Shown here: positions 40,289 to 50,646 of the stretch, piece by piece
Numbering within the stretch: the first letter of the stretch is position 1
Layout: each line of letters starts with the position of its first letter
DNA from: an uncultured virus (IMG/VR IMGVR_UViG_3300025804_000224)
Taxonomy: Duplodnaviria > Heunggongvirae > Uroviricota > Caudoviricetes
IMG/VR virus record: IMGVR_UViG_3300025804_000224
Direction: 5' to 3' (one strand)
Length of the DNA stretch: 64,000 bases
Made by a program: the position numbers and the translations under genes
The notes under the pieces: generated by a model
What the model was told of the DNA's origin: nothing
What the model saw: the letters and a program-made list of their open reading frames with translations, nothing else
Database searches by the model: none

Positions 40289-40311
40289 TCAACGTACTTA
40301 AACTTAGGTAA

Positions 40312-41097
40312 ATGGCTACATTAAATACAGAAAGTTTACCACTACATTATAAATATGACTTTCCTACCATAGAAGTGAAACCTTATACATATAGGTCACT
40401 TATGGATTATTTGGAAGGTATGCCTAATAATGATAGTGACTTATATCTATATGACCTTAAATGGCTACTTAGGGATGATAGGAATGCAGAGAAGTTAATG
40501 ACTCCAGATGCAGATTATCTTATATTCCTTAAGAAAGCTATATCAATAAAGGATGACTTACGTATAGTTACTGAAGTAAAATGTCCTTTATGTGGTAGAG
40601 TAAATACTATCACTATAACTCAGGATGACCTCCAATTTGTACACCCATCAGATCAAGTTAAATATGATGGAGTATGGATGGAGTTATCTACAGGTACATT
40701 TCTATGTAAGTTACCTACTGTAGCTAAAATGCTTAAGGTACTTGACTTAAGTAAAACTTATGGACTCACTAAACATTTTGAGTTAGTAAAGTCAATGGCT
40801 ATGGTATATGAACAGGAACTAAATCCAATGGGAGTTGAACATGCTATATTAGATGCAGGTCCATCTGACATACCAATTATACTTAAGGTATATGATATAT
40901 TATTTAGTTCACTGTTACCTATTAATAAAATTTGTGAGAATCCAGATTGTGAGTTACATAATTCTAATAACGGAGGGATGTCGATAGAGGTTAATGCTCT
41001 GATCGGCAACTTATTTCGCTCCTTATTACTCAGTAACCCAATTGATGGATCTAAGATTTACGTTAGAGAAACTAGCGAAGATACAAGTAAGGGATAA
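40312..41097 (+). CDS. Tail/baseplate hub assembly chaperone (T4 gp26-like)
   Basis: LP start, DADYLIF, CPLCG and CENPDC motifs; lies between tube and tape measure. Confidence 0.7.
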   Translation: MATLNTESLPLHYKYDFPTIEVKPYTYRSLMDYLEGMPNNDSDLYLYDLKWLLRDDRNAEKLMTPDADYLIFLKKAISIKDDLRIVTEVKCPLCGRVNTITITQDDLQFVHPSDQVKYDGVWMELSTGTFLCKLPTVAKMLKVLDLSKTYGLTKHFELVKSMAMVYEQELNPMGVEHAILDAGPSDIPIILKVYDILFSSLLPINKICENPDCELHNSNNGGMSIEVNALIGNLFRSLLLSNPIDGSKIYVRETSEDTSKG

Positions 41098-41257
41098 TAT
41101 GCCAATCACTGAAGTTCTTGACTTCTATGATAAGTATATTGAATACATTAAGAATAATGATAATGTAGATCCAGATTATCCTGGATATACATGGAACTTT
41201 GATGATGAAGATAAGGATACTAAAGGTAGTAACTCCAAGTCTAAATCAGATAAATAG
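41042..41257 (+). CDS. Small tail chaperone partner (gp51/GT-like), possibly expressed by +1 frameshift
   Basis: Overlaps the previous gene in the +1 frame; NMPITEV motif; frame open from 41003. Confidence 0.55.
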   Translation: MMDLRFTLEKLAKIQVRDNMPITEVLDFYDKYIEYIKNNDNVDPDYPGYTWNFDDEDKDTKGSNSKSKSDK

Positions 41258-41280
41258 TAGTAACTAATTAATTAATACTT

Positions 41281-44200
41281 ATGGGATTATTTGACTTATT
41301 TAGTGGTATCAGTGAGGATACTAAACCTAGGGATGGAGGTGGAAATATACCTAGCATAGGTATGCCTAATATATCATTACCTGACATTAAGTCAGTTATA
41401 AATCCCATAACTCAGAAGATTACTACTATTAAAGATGACTTAACTAGCTTACGTCATGCTAAGAGAAATGAGGAATTAAATAAGGTTAATCCTGAGTTAA
41501 TATCTGCAGCTGCTTATGCATCTAGTAAGAACTCTACTAGACCTGAGTCTAAGGTTAATCCAATAGTAGTTAATAAGAATAATGCTGATAGTATTCCTAC
41601 TATATTAACTAGTTCACCTGAGTCAATAGCTGAATATAAACGTCATAATCAGGCTATTGAGAAAATTGAGGATGCTAGGTTATCTGAGGAAGTCAGTAAT
41701 AATAAACGTGAAGATGACTATCGTAAGGGACTAATTGAGTATAGGAATACCAAGGATGCAGAAGCTAAGGCTAGAGCTAGAGCTGATGAGCAAGCTGAGT
41801 TGATGGAACGTCAACGTGAAAGAGATGCAGCTGCAGCTGAGGCAGCTAAAGGTAAGACTGAGTCAGAATCTAGAGCTAAACAGTTAGATGCATCTCAAGG
41901 TAATGGTGAGGATAAGAAATCTGAGTCACCTTTAGCTAAGATACTTAAGAGATTCCTTAAGATATACTCACTATATAAGTTAATCACATTACCTGAGAGA
42001 ATATTTGGTAAGATATCTGCTTTATTTACAGCTATAAAATGGATAGGTGCATTACCTAAATTATTTAGGAAAGGTGGACTCAAGTACCTATTTAAGGGAA
42101 TTAGAGTAGGTTTTGATAAAGTCCTATGGACTATGTTTAAACCTAGAAGTCCACTTACTAAATTTGTATATAAGCACTTTATTAGACCATTAGATAATTT
42201 AATTGGTAAGGTACTTAATCCATTTAAGTCTATATTTGGACTTGGAGGTAATGTAGCTAAGAATGTATCTAAAGCTGCAGGTACTGTAAGTACTGAGGTA
42301 GCTAAGGTAGGTGAAGGAGTTGATAAAGTAGGTGAGACAGTCACTAAAACTGGTAATAAGTTCTTATCTAAGTTTACTGGATTCTTTAATAACATAGCTA
42401 AGAAATTACTTCCACTTGACTCACTTAATAAAGCATTCTCTAAGTTTAGAGGTACCTATGGTAAGTTTACTGGAACTATAACTAAGAGTATTAATGCAGT
42501 TAAGACTCAGATAGGTAAGTTATTAGGTCCAGTAACTAAGGTATTAGGTAAGGTACTTAATCCAGTTAAAGGTGCAGTAGATGCAGTAAAAGGTGTAGCT
42601 AAGAAAGTAGCTAATACTAAGGTATTTAAAGCTGTATCAGGTGTAGCTAGTAAGGTAGCTAAGAAAGTAGCTAATACTAAGGTATTTAAAGCTGTATCAG
42701 GTGTAGCTAGTAAGGTAGCTAAGAAAGTAGCTGGATCAAGATTAGCTAAGGCTGCTACATGGCTACGTCATCCTAAGATATTAGGTAAGTTAGGTAAGAA
42801 GATGTTATCTAAGATAACTCCCACTCTACCTAAGTTAGCTAGTAAGGTAGGAGTTAAGATGGCAGCTAAGGGAGGTAAGTCAGCCCTTAAACAGGTACCT
42901 CTATTAGGTGCAGCTATAGGTATAGGTGATGCTATCTATGACATTACTAAAGGTGACTATGTAGGTGCAGGTTTATCCCTACTTTCAGGTATAGCTCCTA
43001 CTCTTAATGTAGTAGCTCCAGGTTTAGGTACAGCTATCTCTATGGGTGCTATGGGAGCTGACATAGCTAGGGATGTACTTAAGGAGCCAGTTAAGGAAGC
43101 TGTAGATGTATTCGATAAAGAGACTCCTGAGTCACTAGAGAAAGAGCCTGAAGCTGACCTATCTACTTCAGCTAAGGAAGATAGTAATAAATCTGAGTTA
43201 GATGAGGTAGAGGATGAAGATAATAAGAAAGTAAAGTCAGCTAAGGTTAATGATAAGAATTTACTTAATAGAGTAGCTGACTCGGATAAAGTTAGGGATT
43301 CATTAGCTGACAATACTGTAGGTAAGGCAGCTAGTAAGTTAATCCCTAAGGGAGGTAAATCAAAGTCAGCTGGTGAATTACTTAAAGCTGGAAATAGTGT
43401 AGGCATAAAAGGTAGTCACTCATCTGACTATGTAGAAGGTGAGGGAGTTGATAAAGGTATTGACTCCCTTAAGAATAGATCTGGTAAGGTAGGACTTGTA
43501 GGTAAAGTCCTATCAGTAGGCAATAAACTTAGACCTAGTAATGTAGTAAGTACATTTGTCACTCCAGTAGTTAAGAAGTTCCTATCTCCAGTTAGATCTA
43601 TATTATCAGCTGGATTTGGTGGACTTAGGTCACATTTAAAGTCAGCTGGAAATGTACTCCATAACTTAGTAAAAGGTATTGGATCTAGGATATTTGGAAT
43701 ACATACTACTCTTACTAAGGGACTCAAAGCTAATGCATCCGTAGCTAAAGCTCAAGGTGCATTCAATAAGAAGACTATAGGTAAGTTAGGTGATACTAAT
43801 AAAAAGTTAGATACTATAATTAAGAGACTTACTAAGACTAAAAAGTCATCTCAGGTTAAAGCTGGAGGTGATATAGGATTAGAGTTACTTGGACATAGTA
43901 ATATTAGTGATGTAGCTGAGTCACAGAATACACCTCAACCTCAGGATAAGTCTAAGGATGAGGAACAGGACTATACTGGACCTGGAGTAAAGATAACCAA
44001 TAAGCAAGTCCTAGCTAATCAGGATAAGGCTATGGGTTACTTTACTGAAGTATTAGGACTCTCTAAGAATGCAGCTGCAGCTCTAGTTGGTACTCTAACT
44101 GCTGAGTCTAATATGAATCCAGGTATTGTATCCTATGATGGTGATGGTCAAGGTATTGCTCAGTGGACAGGTTCCCGTAAGGGTCCAGTCCTAGCTTACA

Positions 44201-44892
44201 TTAATAAGGCTAATGGAACTAACTATAGTCAGATAGTTCAGGTACCTCTTGATATGCAGTTAGATGCTGTAGCTCATGAACTGCAGAATAAGAGATATAA
44301 TGTCTTAAATATGCTCAAGAAACCTGACATATCACTTAAGGAGGCAGTTGATGTAGTACTTAGAGGATATGAAAATGGTAGTGATAAGAATGGAGGTATA
44401 CTAGCATCACCAGCTTCACTAGATGCATCATATGCTAAGTGGGGAAATAGCTACAATAATATGATGTTCGGTAAGAATGGACGTATGGCTCAGGCTACTG
44501 GTATTATTAATCGAATTGGAGATAAGGTACCTGGTTATGTTCCTCAGGCTGGTAACACTAGATATGTAGCTAGAGGTTCATATAAGTCCGTAGGTGCTGA
44601 GTCCATGGATAAGATTAATAATCTAGGTGCATCACTATTTGAGAATACCCTACGTGGATCTGGTATCTATAACTATAAAGTTACAGGTACTCCTAAACCT
44701 AAGCCTAGACCTAAACCTAAGGCTAAGGTTACTAAGGCTAAGTTAACTTCATCTAAGGGTACTCCTAAAGTTCCATTTAGAATGAATGATAATTCAGATA
44801 ACTCTATTAATTTAACTCAGGGTGGTAGTACAGTTATTAATAATTATAACTACTACAATACTGATAAAAGGGATAGAACTTTAAATAGGTAA
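41281..44892 (+). CDS. Tape measure-like protein with C-terminal phage tail lysozyme domain
   Basis: 1203 aa; Lys/Ala/Gly amphipathic repeats; GLSKNAAAALVG...AESNMNP...GIAQWTGSR. Confidence 0.8.
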   Translation: MGLFDLFSGISEDTKPRDGGGNIPSIGMPNISLPDIKSVINPITQKITTIKDDLTSLRHAKRNEELNKVNPELISAAAYASSKNSTRPESKVNPIVVNKNNADSIPTILTSSPESIAEYKRHNQAIEKIEDARLSEEVSNNKREDDYRKGLIEYRNTKDAEAKARARADEQAELMERQRERDAAAAEAAKGKTESESRAKQLDASQGNGEDKKSESPLAKILKRFLKIYSLYKLITLPERIFGKISALFTAIKWIGALPKLFRKGGLKYLFKGIRVGFDKVLWTMFKPRSPLTKFVYKHFIRPLDNLIGKVLNPFKSIFGLGGNVAKNVSKAAGTVSTEVAKVGEGVDKVGETVTKTGNKFLSKFTGFFNNIAKKLLPLDSLNKAFSKFRGTYGKFTGTITKSINAVKTQIGKLLGPVTKVLGKVLNPVKGAVDAVKGVAKKVANTKVFKAVSGVASKVAKKVANTKVFKAVSGVASKVAKKVAGSRLAKAATWLRHPKILGKLGKKMLSKITPTLPKLASKVGVKMAAKGGKSALKQVPLLGAAIGIGDAIYDITKGDYVGAGLSLLSGIAPTLNVVAPGLGTAISMGAMGADIARDVLKEPVKEAVDVFDKETPESLEKEPEADLSTSAKEDSNKSELDEVEDEDNKKVKSAKVNDKNLLNRVADSDKVRDSLADNTVGKAASKLIPKGGKSKSAGELLKAGNSVGIKGSHSSDYVEGEGVDKGIDSLKNRSGKVGLVGKVLSVGNKLRPSNVVSTFVTPVVKKFLSPVRSILSAGFGGLRSHLKSAGNVLHNLVKGIGSRIFGIHTTLTKGLKANASVAKAQGAFNKKTIGKLGDTNKKLDTIIKRLTKTKKSSQVKAGGDIGLELLGHSNISDVAESQNTPQPQDKSKDEEQDYTGPGVKITNKQVLANQDKAMGYFTEVLGLSKNAAAALVGTLTAESNMNPGIVSYDGDGQGIAQWTGSRKGPVLAYINKANGTNYSQIVQVPLDMQLDAVAHELQNKRYNVLNMLKKPDISLKEAVDVVLRGYENGSDKNGGILASPASLDASYAKWGNSYNNMMFGKNGRMAQATGIINRIGDKVPGYVPQAGNTRYVARGSYKSVGAESMDKINNLGASLFENTLRGSGIYNYKVTGTPKPKPRPKPKAKVTKAKLTSSKGTPKVPFRMNDNSDNSINLTQGGSTVINNYNYYNTDKRDRTLNR
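42601..42732 (+). repeat. Exact 60-bp in-frame tandem duplication in the tape measure gene
   Basis: 42601-42660 equals 42661-42720 (KKVANTKVFKAVSGVASKVA), plus a partial third copy. Confidence 0.95.
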
Positions 44893-44894
44893 TT

Positions 44895-46145
44895 ATGGCT
44901 GAAGGTAATCCATATGTAGCTCCATGGAAGTTTGGAGATAAGAATCTATTTTACTTTCAGGATCTAGATAATCCTAGATTAACTTGGAAGTTATACTCTC
45001 AGAGAGGTGGTAGTATCACTGGACCGATTGCTACTGGATTCTATAATAATAACGGTGCATTCTCAATTACTCATGACTATTCATCTGGTATGGGAGATAC
45101 CATAGAAACTGCAATTAGGAAGAGATTACTAGACCTTACTAGAAATATGGTAAAGAGGTCTAGGGATCTCTTCAATTGGAGGTATAAAATGGATGATATC
45201 AAGAATTCCATATCTCAGGGAGTTACTAACTTAGTGTCTGGGCTTAATGAGGAGATACAAAATCAATCAGGTAATATTATTGGTGATGTATTTCAGGCAT
45301 TAGAAATAGATCAGGCATCTGAGATGGGTCAGCAATTATTGGAGAAAGCTAATAAGGTAATTCAGAATTTTAGTATAGCTGAGAATATGGAGGCTGTACT
45401 TAAGAGAGGTCAGGTACATACTCAAGGTGACTTTAGTAAATTATTCAATGATACTAAGATAGATGTACCTGCAATATCTAATGTTACTTGTGTAATTAGG
45501 TCAGTTCCACACTATTCATGTGTTGCAGCTATTAATAACTTAATAGATAATTACTTCCTAGGTACATTTAATCCACTAGATGATAAGGTAAGTGAAAGTC
45601 TAGGTCAGGTTAGTAGAGGCATGGAAGGTGGCTATTGGACTGCACCCAATAATGCTAATCTAGCTGAGGATAATCCTCTAGATGAGTCGAAGTTAGTCGA
45701 TGGATTATTTACACTCAGAGCTGGACCTTATCTATTTAAGAACTTATTACTTACTACATTTAGGTGGGAGTATAGTAAGGAATTCGTAGCTTATCCTGAT
45801 AAGAAGAGTGACGGTAGAGTATTTACAATAGATAAACCTGCATACGTTACTCTGAGTATGGTATTTGATAACTATAAGTATAAAACTAAAAGTTATCTTA
45901 AGAATACTTATGTAGAACTACCTAATGTACCTAGTGATCCTGATCCTAATATAAATTATCTTGATGTACCTGATACTAGGTCAAGGTATAATGAGAATCC
46001 GTCACCTCAACATAGAGATAATCATGGTACTGTTACTGAACGTGATAGTAAATATGATAAAGGAACTAAAGATGATAAGTTAGGTAGTAATTCTAAGTTT
46101 AGTAAGGTTACTGGTGCACTTGGATCTATTGGTAACTTAATATGA
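44895..46145 (+). CDS. Putative baseplate tail-tube cap (gp48-like)
   Basis: Follows the tape measure; FKNLLLTTFRWEYS...PAYVTLSMVF tube-fold-like end. Confidence 0.5.
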   Translation: MAEGNPYVAPWKFGDKNLFYFQDLDNPRLTWKLYSQRGGSITGPIATGFYNNNGAFSITHDYSSGMGDTIETAIRKRLLDLTRNMVKRSRDLFNWRYKMDDIKNSISQGVTNLVSGLNEEIQNQSGNIIGDVFQALEIDQASEMGQQLLEKANKVIQNFSIAENMEAVLKRGQVHTQGDFSKLFNDTKIDVPAISNVTCVIRSVPHYSCVAAINNLIDNYFLGTFNPLDDKVSESLGQVSRGMEGGYWTAPNNANLAEDNPLDESKLVDGLFTLRAGPYLFKNLLLTTFRWEYSKEFVAYPDKKSDGRVFTIDKPAYVTLSMVFDNYKYKTKSYLKNTYVELPNVPSDPDPNINYLDVPDTRSRYNENPSPQHRDNHGTVTERDSKYDKGTKDDKLGSNSKFSKVTGALGSIGNLI

Positions 46146-46152
46146 TTACATT

Positions 46153-46470
46153 ATGTATATAAATAATAAGACTCCAGGTGACATAAATAGGGTAGGATTC
46201 GACTTAAGTAATATAGTTGAAGGGAGTGATATATTTAACTCTAGATTACTCTATAATATTACTAAATATCCATATGACCTTAATACCTATTCAGTAGAGG
46301 TAGCTGGAATGTCACCTAACTCAGTAGCTAGGGTAGTATATGGAGATCAGATATACTCATGGATTCTAATCCTATTTAACCCTAGGTATAGAACTTTTAG
46401 ATATCCTCAGGGTATAAAGTTAGTGTATCCTGACTTATCTCTACTTTATAGTTACATAAAGAATCAATAA
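46153..46470 (+). CDS. Baseplate wedge LysM/gp53-like protein
   Basis: SPNSVARVVYGDQIYSWILILFN motif. Confidence 0.75.
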   Translation: MYINNKTPGDINRVGFDLSNIVEGSDIFNSRLLYNITKYPYDLNTYSVEVAGMSPNSVARVVYGDQIYSWILILFNPRYRTFRYPQGIKLVYPDLSLLYSYIKNQ

Positions 46471-47400
46471 ATGGCTGATTTAATACAACGTACCTTACAA
46501 ATTGATATTAAGGGACTCACTGATAAATATGACTTAGAGGAATTTAAGACATATGAGTCTCTAGGTGGAGACATAGCTGAAGGTGAGTTAACGTATAAAG
46601 GTGGAGGTAATAAGGAACTCAAATGTGACTATGAAGTACTTGATATATCAATAAGTGATACTGAAGGTAAGATAAAATCTTATAAAGCTTATGTATATGA
46701 CCTTAATAGATTTGTAAACTCAAATGTACTTAAGTTCATATGTGCACCTAAGGATTTTATAACTAAAGTAGTAACTAAGTCATATAAGTCAGTACTTCAA
46801 GCTATTAAGGCTAACTGGAATGGAGAGTTAGATACTATACCTAAGTCGATGCCTGATATTACCTGTGATATACATCAGAGGAATGAGACTGGATATAAGT
46901 TAGTACAGAAACTTATTAAGGGACTTAGATATAATTCAGTATATGGATTTAGGTGTGACTCAATAGTAATTAGGGAATTAAAGTTCGTAGAAAACTATGA
47001 CTATTATCAGGACGTTAAACCTAAGAAATTCCCTATACATACTGATAATATAGATTTAAATAAGTCTAAGTTTAGTGAGATAGAACCTAAGAATGAAGAT
47101 ATAGGTGTAGCTACATCAATAGTATACTCTCAGCAATTCTATCAGATAAGATCTAACTATAAGAATTTTTACCTTAATATGATACATAATGTTAAGGTAA
47201 TAGATCTTAATGCTAACTTAGATTACTTTAAGTTTACTGTAACTATATCTAGATTTGACCCTAAGTATAGATTAGGTAGAATAATTCAAGGTACATTTAG
47301 AGATATTAATGGTACTCAGTTCCTAATAAGTAGAGTTAATTTCAGTTGGAATAGAGCTCATGGTCCAGTTACTGAATTAGAATTAATGAAGTTGAAATGA
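46471..47400 (+). CDS. Putative baseplate hub (gp27-like)
   Basis: YESL and HQRNETGYK motifs; lies before the spike. Confidence 0.55.
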   Translation: MADLIQRTLQIDIKGLTDKYDLEEFKTYESLGGDIAEGELTYKGGGNKELKCDYEVLDISISDTEGKIKSYKAYVYDLNRFVNSNVLKFICAPKDFITKVVTKSYKSVLQAIKANWNGELDTIPKSMPDITCDIHQRNETGYKLVQKLIKGLRYNSVYGFRCDSIVIRELKFVENYDYYQDVKPKKFPIHTDNIDLNKSKFSEIEPKNEDIGVATSIVYSQQFYQIRSNYKNFYLNMIHNVKVIDLNANLDYFKFTVTISRFDPKYRLGRIIQGTFRDINGTQFLISRVNFSWNRAHGPVTELELMKLK

Positions 47401-47975
47401 TAGGTAAAGTATTAAGTTATGATCCAGTTACTTATATAATTAGGTTTACTGTACCTCTATACATAGAGAATGCTGAAGCTCTACCTTTAGATGTATGGGA
47501 TAGACCTAATCCTGGAGATGAGGTATATATCTTTGAGGATGATAAATCTTATGGTACTCTATACGTATATCATAAGATGGGAATCAGAGATAAGGATAAA
47601 CATATACTCCAGACTGACTCACTTGATGTGGTTATGGATGAGTCTAGCCAAAAGCTCTCCGTCACTCAGAAGAGTGGAGCTACTATGACTGTAGATTTCT
47701 CAGGTAAGTCAATAAATATTACATTTGGTGGAGCTGATGTAATGATAGATACTAAGTCAATCCACTTAGGTAATGGTGGAAATGAGCCAGCTATACTATT
47801 TAATAAGTATGAGCAAAGGATGAAGGATCTATATAAAGCTTTAGCTAATCATAAGCATGGAACTTCAATGGGTCCATCGACTCCACCTATTGGAGGTGAG
47901 GAAGCTAAGTTTTCATCAACATTTCCAAGTACACTGAGTAAAGATAAGTCTAATCATGTAGATATAATGAAGTAA
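47397..47975 (+). CDS. Baseplate central spike (gp5/gpV-like)
   Basis: OB-fold PNPGDEVYI, beta repeats, HKH metal-tip motif. Confidence 0.8.
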   Translation: MIGKVLSYDPVTYIIRFTVPLYIENAEALPLDVWDRPNPGDEVYIFEDDKSYGTLYVYHKMGIRDKDKHILQTDSLDVVMDESSQKLSVTQKSGATMTVDFSGKSINITFGGADVMIDTKSIHLGNGGNEPAILFNKYEQRMKDLYKALANHKHGTSMGPSTPPIGGEEAKFSSTFPSTLSKDKSNHVDIMK

Positions 47976-48433
47976 TGGCATTAATAAAGGAGTTCCTATT
48001 TAATAAATTAGTTGAATTTGATAATAACTTAACTGTAGATAGTGGTAGTAATGCATCTAAACGTAAGTTTGATTTAATGACCACTATTAATGAGTATGGT
48101 AAGAAAGTTATTCCAAGTTCAATATCATCAGAGTCAGCTAAGTTAGATGGATATTATGCATTTACTGGAGATAATCCTAAAGTATTTTATTCATTTGCTA
48201 AGGCATTAAGTCATGCTATGGAAGCTTATGCTAAGACTCTAGCTATTGGTATGATAGGATATACTCCAGTTTATATGCCTACATGGAACATACTATATGT
48301 AAATTTACTGAAAATAAAATCTACTGAGGATAGATATAGTCAAGTAAGAATATTAGCAACTGAGATAGATAAATGGATGAAGTTACATATTAGTATGAAT
48401 ACAGTAACTAAAGTAACTAAAAATTGGAGTTAA
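47975..48433 (+). CDS. Hypothetical baseplate-region protein
   Basis: 152-aa ORF coupled to the spike gene. Confidence 0.55.
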   Translation: MALIKEFLFNKLVEFDNNLTVDSGSNASKRKFDLMTTINEYGKKVIPSSISSESAKLDGYYAFTGDNPKVFYSFAKALSHAMEAYAKTLAIGMIGYTPVYMPTWNILYVNLLKIKSTEDRYSQVRILATEIDKWMKLHISMNTVTKVTKNWS

Positions 48434-48434
48434 T

Positions 48435-48746
48435 ATGCAGTACTTATTAAGTAATATGAAGTTTACTTCATCTAAGTTAGAGTATGCTAGAGATTTCATA
48501 ATGGTTTACTTTAGTATAGACTCACTAGAGATACCTCAGATGAATATAGGTGTATCAAGACGTACTGATGGAGAGAGTGAGTCGATAGTTGATGACTTAG
48601 TAGCTAGTGATATATCATCATTTATAACTAAAGCTGCACAGTATGGATTAAACTTTAGTTTAGTGAGCTATTCTAGGTCATATGATACATATAATGTAAC
48701 TTTAACTCTAGATGGAGTAGATGAAATTAATTTCACATTATCATGA
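48435..48746 (+). CDS. Putative gp25-like sheath initiator
   Basis: 103 aa; EIPQMNIG motif; position. Confidence 0.5.
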   Translation: MQYLLSNMKFTSSKLEYARDFIMVYFSIDSLEIPQMNIGVSRRTDGESESIVDDLVASDISSFITKAAQYGLNFSLVSYSRSYDTYNVTLTLDGVDEINFTLS

Positions 48747-50182
48747 AGACATTCGATCAGATATTAAGTGATATTAAGTCACTTATTCCAAATGGTGTAT
48801 CTGGATTACAGCTAGATATCTTAGCTAATACATTTGCTATGTATGCTTATGATACTCAGGCTATAGCTGTATCTCAGTTACTTGAAAATAACATAGATAC
48901 AGCTATAAATATTAATTCACTCATATCTAAGGCATCTCAATATGGAGTTAGTGTACCTAGGGTACATAATCCTGAGTTAGAGTTTGAGGTTAAGTCAGTT
49001 AGTGCAGATACTACTATAGAATTAGGTGAAGAGGTAATAACAATAGGTAAGTATAGATTCCTATACTTAGGTTACTATGATGAGTCACATGGAAATGTAT
49101 TTACTAAGAGTAAACTAATTCTATCATCTACATTCCCTATCTTAATTAGATGTATGGTATGTAGAGATGTAGTTGAGTGTAGTACTGATAAAGACGTAAG
49201 AAAGATATTCTCACCTGACTGGAGTGACATAGCTGATACTATATTTGTATATTATAAAGGTAACTATATGCATCCATTTGATAGGTATGCAGATTATTTA
49301 TCATATAATGATGAAGATAAAGTATTAGTAACTACTACTCCAGATTATGGAGTTAAGATAACTACTGAGGGTAATCCTAGCTTAGGTACATATAATATTA
49401 AGTTACCTAAGTCAATGACTGACGTTAGTGAACTGATAGGATTAATAGACTCAGCTGAGGCATCTGATAAAGTAACCGTAAGTAAATATAGGTCAGGTAC
49501 TGAGGATAGTAATATTAAGATAGTTGACTTAGGCAGTGATGTATTAAGTAAGTTCGATTTAGTAACTTACATAGAATACAATCTTAATAGGACTCAGTTA
49601 ATTAAATCTAATAATGACCTTATTGAATATGTAGCAAGTTACTTACATCAGATATCTGAGGATCATCTAACGTATAAAGTTAATTTCTATATAAATAAGA
49701 ACTTAACTATATATGTTAATGATATGTACTATGATACTAATACTGATATATCACCAATAAAGGATAGACTGTATATAGGTATAGATAACATAGTATTAAA
49801 ATCTGGAGTACAGTTAGATGCAGCTATATCACTCGAGTTTAATAATCAGATTGATAATGATTTAATAAATAATGTCACTAATCTAGTTAATGAGTATAAT
49901 GATAAGTTCAATACACTGATAGATGAGCTAACTTTAGTTAGTGATATAAATGCATTAAATCCATTACTTAAGGTTACTAATATTAAAGTTGAATATTCAG
50001 CTCATGTTAGAATAGGTAAAGAAATTTATATAATACCTGTATCTGAGGGTAACTATACTAAGGATCAACCTAATCTTGAGTTTACTGAGGCACCTGAAGT
50101 AGGAACTGAGGATAAACCTATAGTATATAAACTGTATAAAACTCCAGCTACATTCTTAAAGACTTCTATAATATGGACATAA
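48743..50182 (+). CDS. Baseplate wedge protein (gp6/J-like)
   Basis: TFDQI...LDILA...ENNIDTAININSLISKASQYG N-terminal pattern. Confidence 0.75.
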   Translation: MKTFDQILSDIKSLIPNGVSGLQLDILANTFAMYAYDTQAIAVSQLLENNIDTAININSLISKASQYGVSVPRVHNPELEFEVKSVSADTTIELGEEVITIGKYRFLYLGYYDESHGNVFTKSKLILSSTFPILIRCMVCRDVVECSTDKDVRKIFSPDWSDIADTIFVYYKGNYMHPFDRYADYLSYNDEDKVLVTTTPDYGVKITTEGNPSLGTYNIKLPKSMTDVSELIGLIDSAEASDKVTVSKYRSGTEDSNIKIVDLGSDVLSKFDLVTYIEYNLNRTQLIKSNNDLIEYVASYLHQISEDHLTYKVNFYINKNLTIYVNDMYYDTNTDISPIKDRLYIGIDNIVLKSGVQLDAAISLEFNNQIDNDLINNVTNLVNEYNDKFNTLIDELTLVSDINALNPLLKVTNIKVEYSAHVRIGKEIYIIPVSEGNYTKDQPNLEFTEAPEVGTEDKPIVYKLYKTPATFLKTSIIWT

Positions 50183-50646
50183 GGATACCAACTAGACTTA
50201 CTAACTTTAGATTATATGACTTAGCTAAGTCAGTAATTGAGAGATATGAGTTAGACTCAGTTAATATAAATGAGTACCCTATAATATGTTTCAATAAGTT
50301 AGCTGAATCTAGTGGTATTAAGATAGATGAGGAATTTAATGAGGGATTATCTAAGGTATTTGTACTCAAGGGATCTATTGACTCATGTAGGGAATTAATG
50401 AAGTTACTTAATATTGACTTTATTAGAGCTTACGTAGATGGAGATGACTTAGTGCTTCACTTAGATTTAGGTGAGATAGATAACTCTGATTTTGTACAAT
50501 ACCTAAGGGACTGCTTTAACTACTTATTATTCTATCAAGAGTTAATAGTTAAAGTAGATACTTTAGTTAAGTCACTAGTAGTTAAAGGTTTACCTAGACT
50601 TTCAGTTATGGGTATTGATGTAGCATTTATAGGACTTGATGAATGA
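50173..50646 (+). CDS. Putative baseplate wedge (gp7/I-like)
   Basis: LKGSIDS motif; follows the gp6-like gene. Confidence 0.5.
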   Translation: MDIRIPTRLTNFRLYDLAKSVIERYELDSVNINEYPIICFNKLAESSGIKIDEEFNEGLSKVFVLKGSIDSCRELMKLLNIDFIRAYVDGDDLVLHLDLGEIDNSDFVQYLRDCFNYLLFYQELIVKVDTLVKSLVVKGLPRLSVMGIDVAFIGLDE

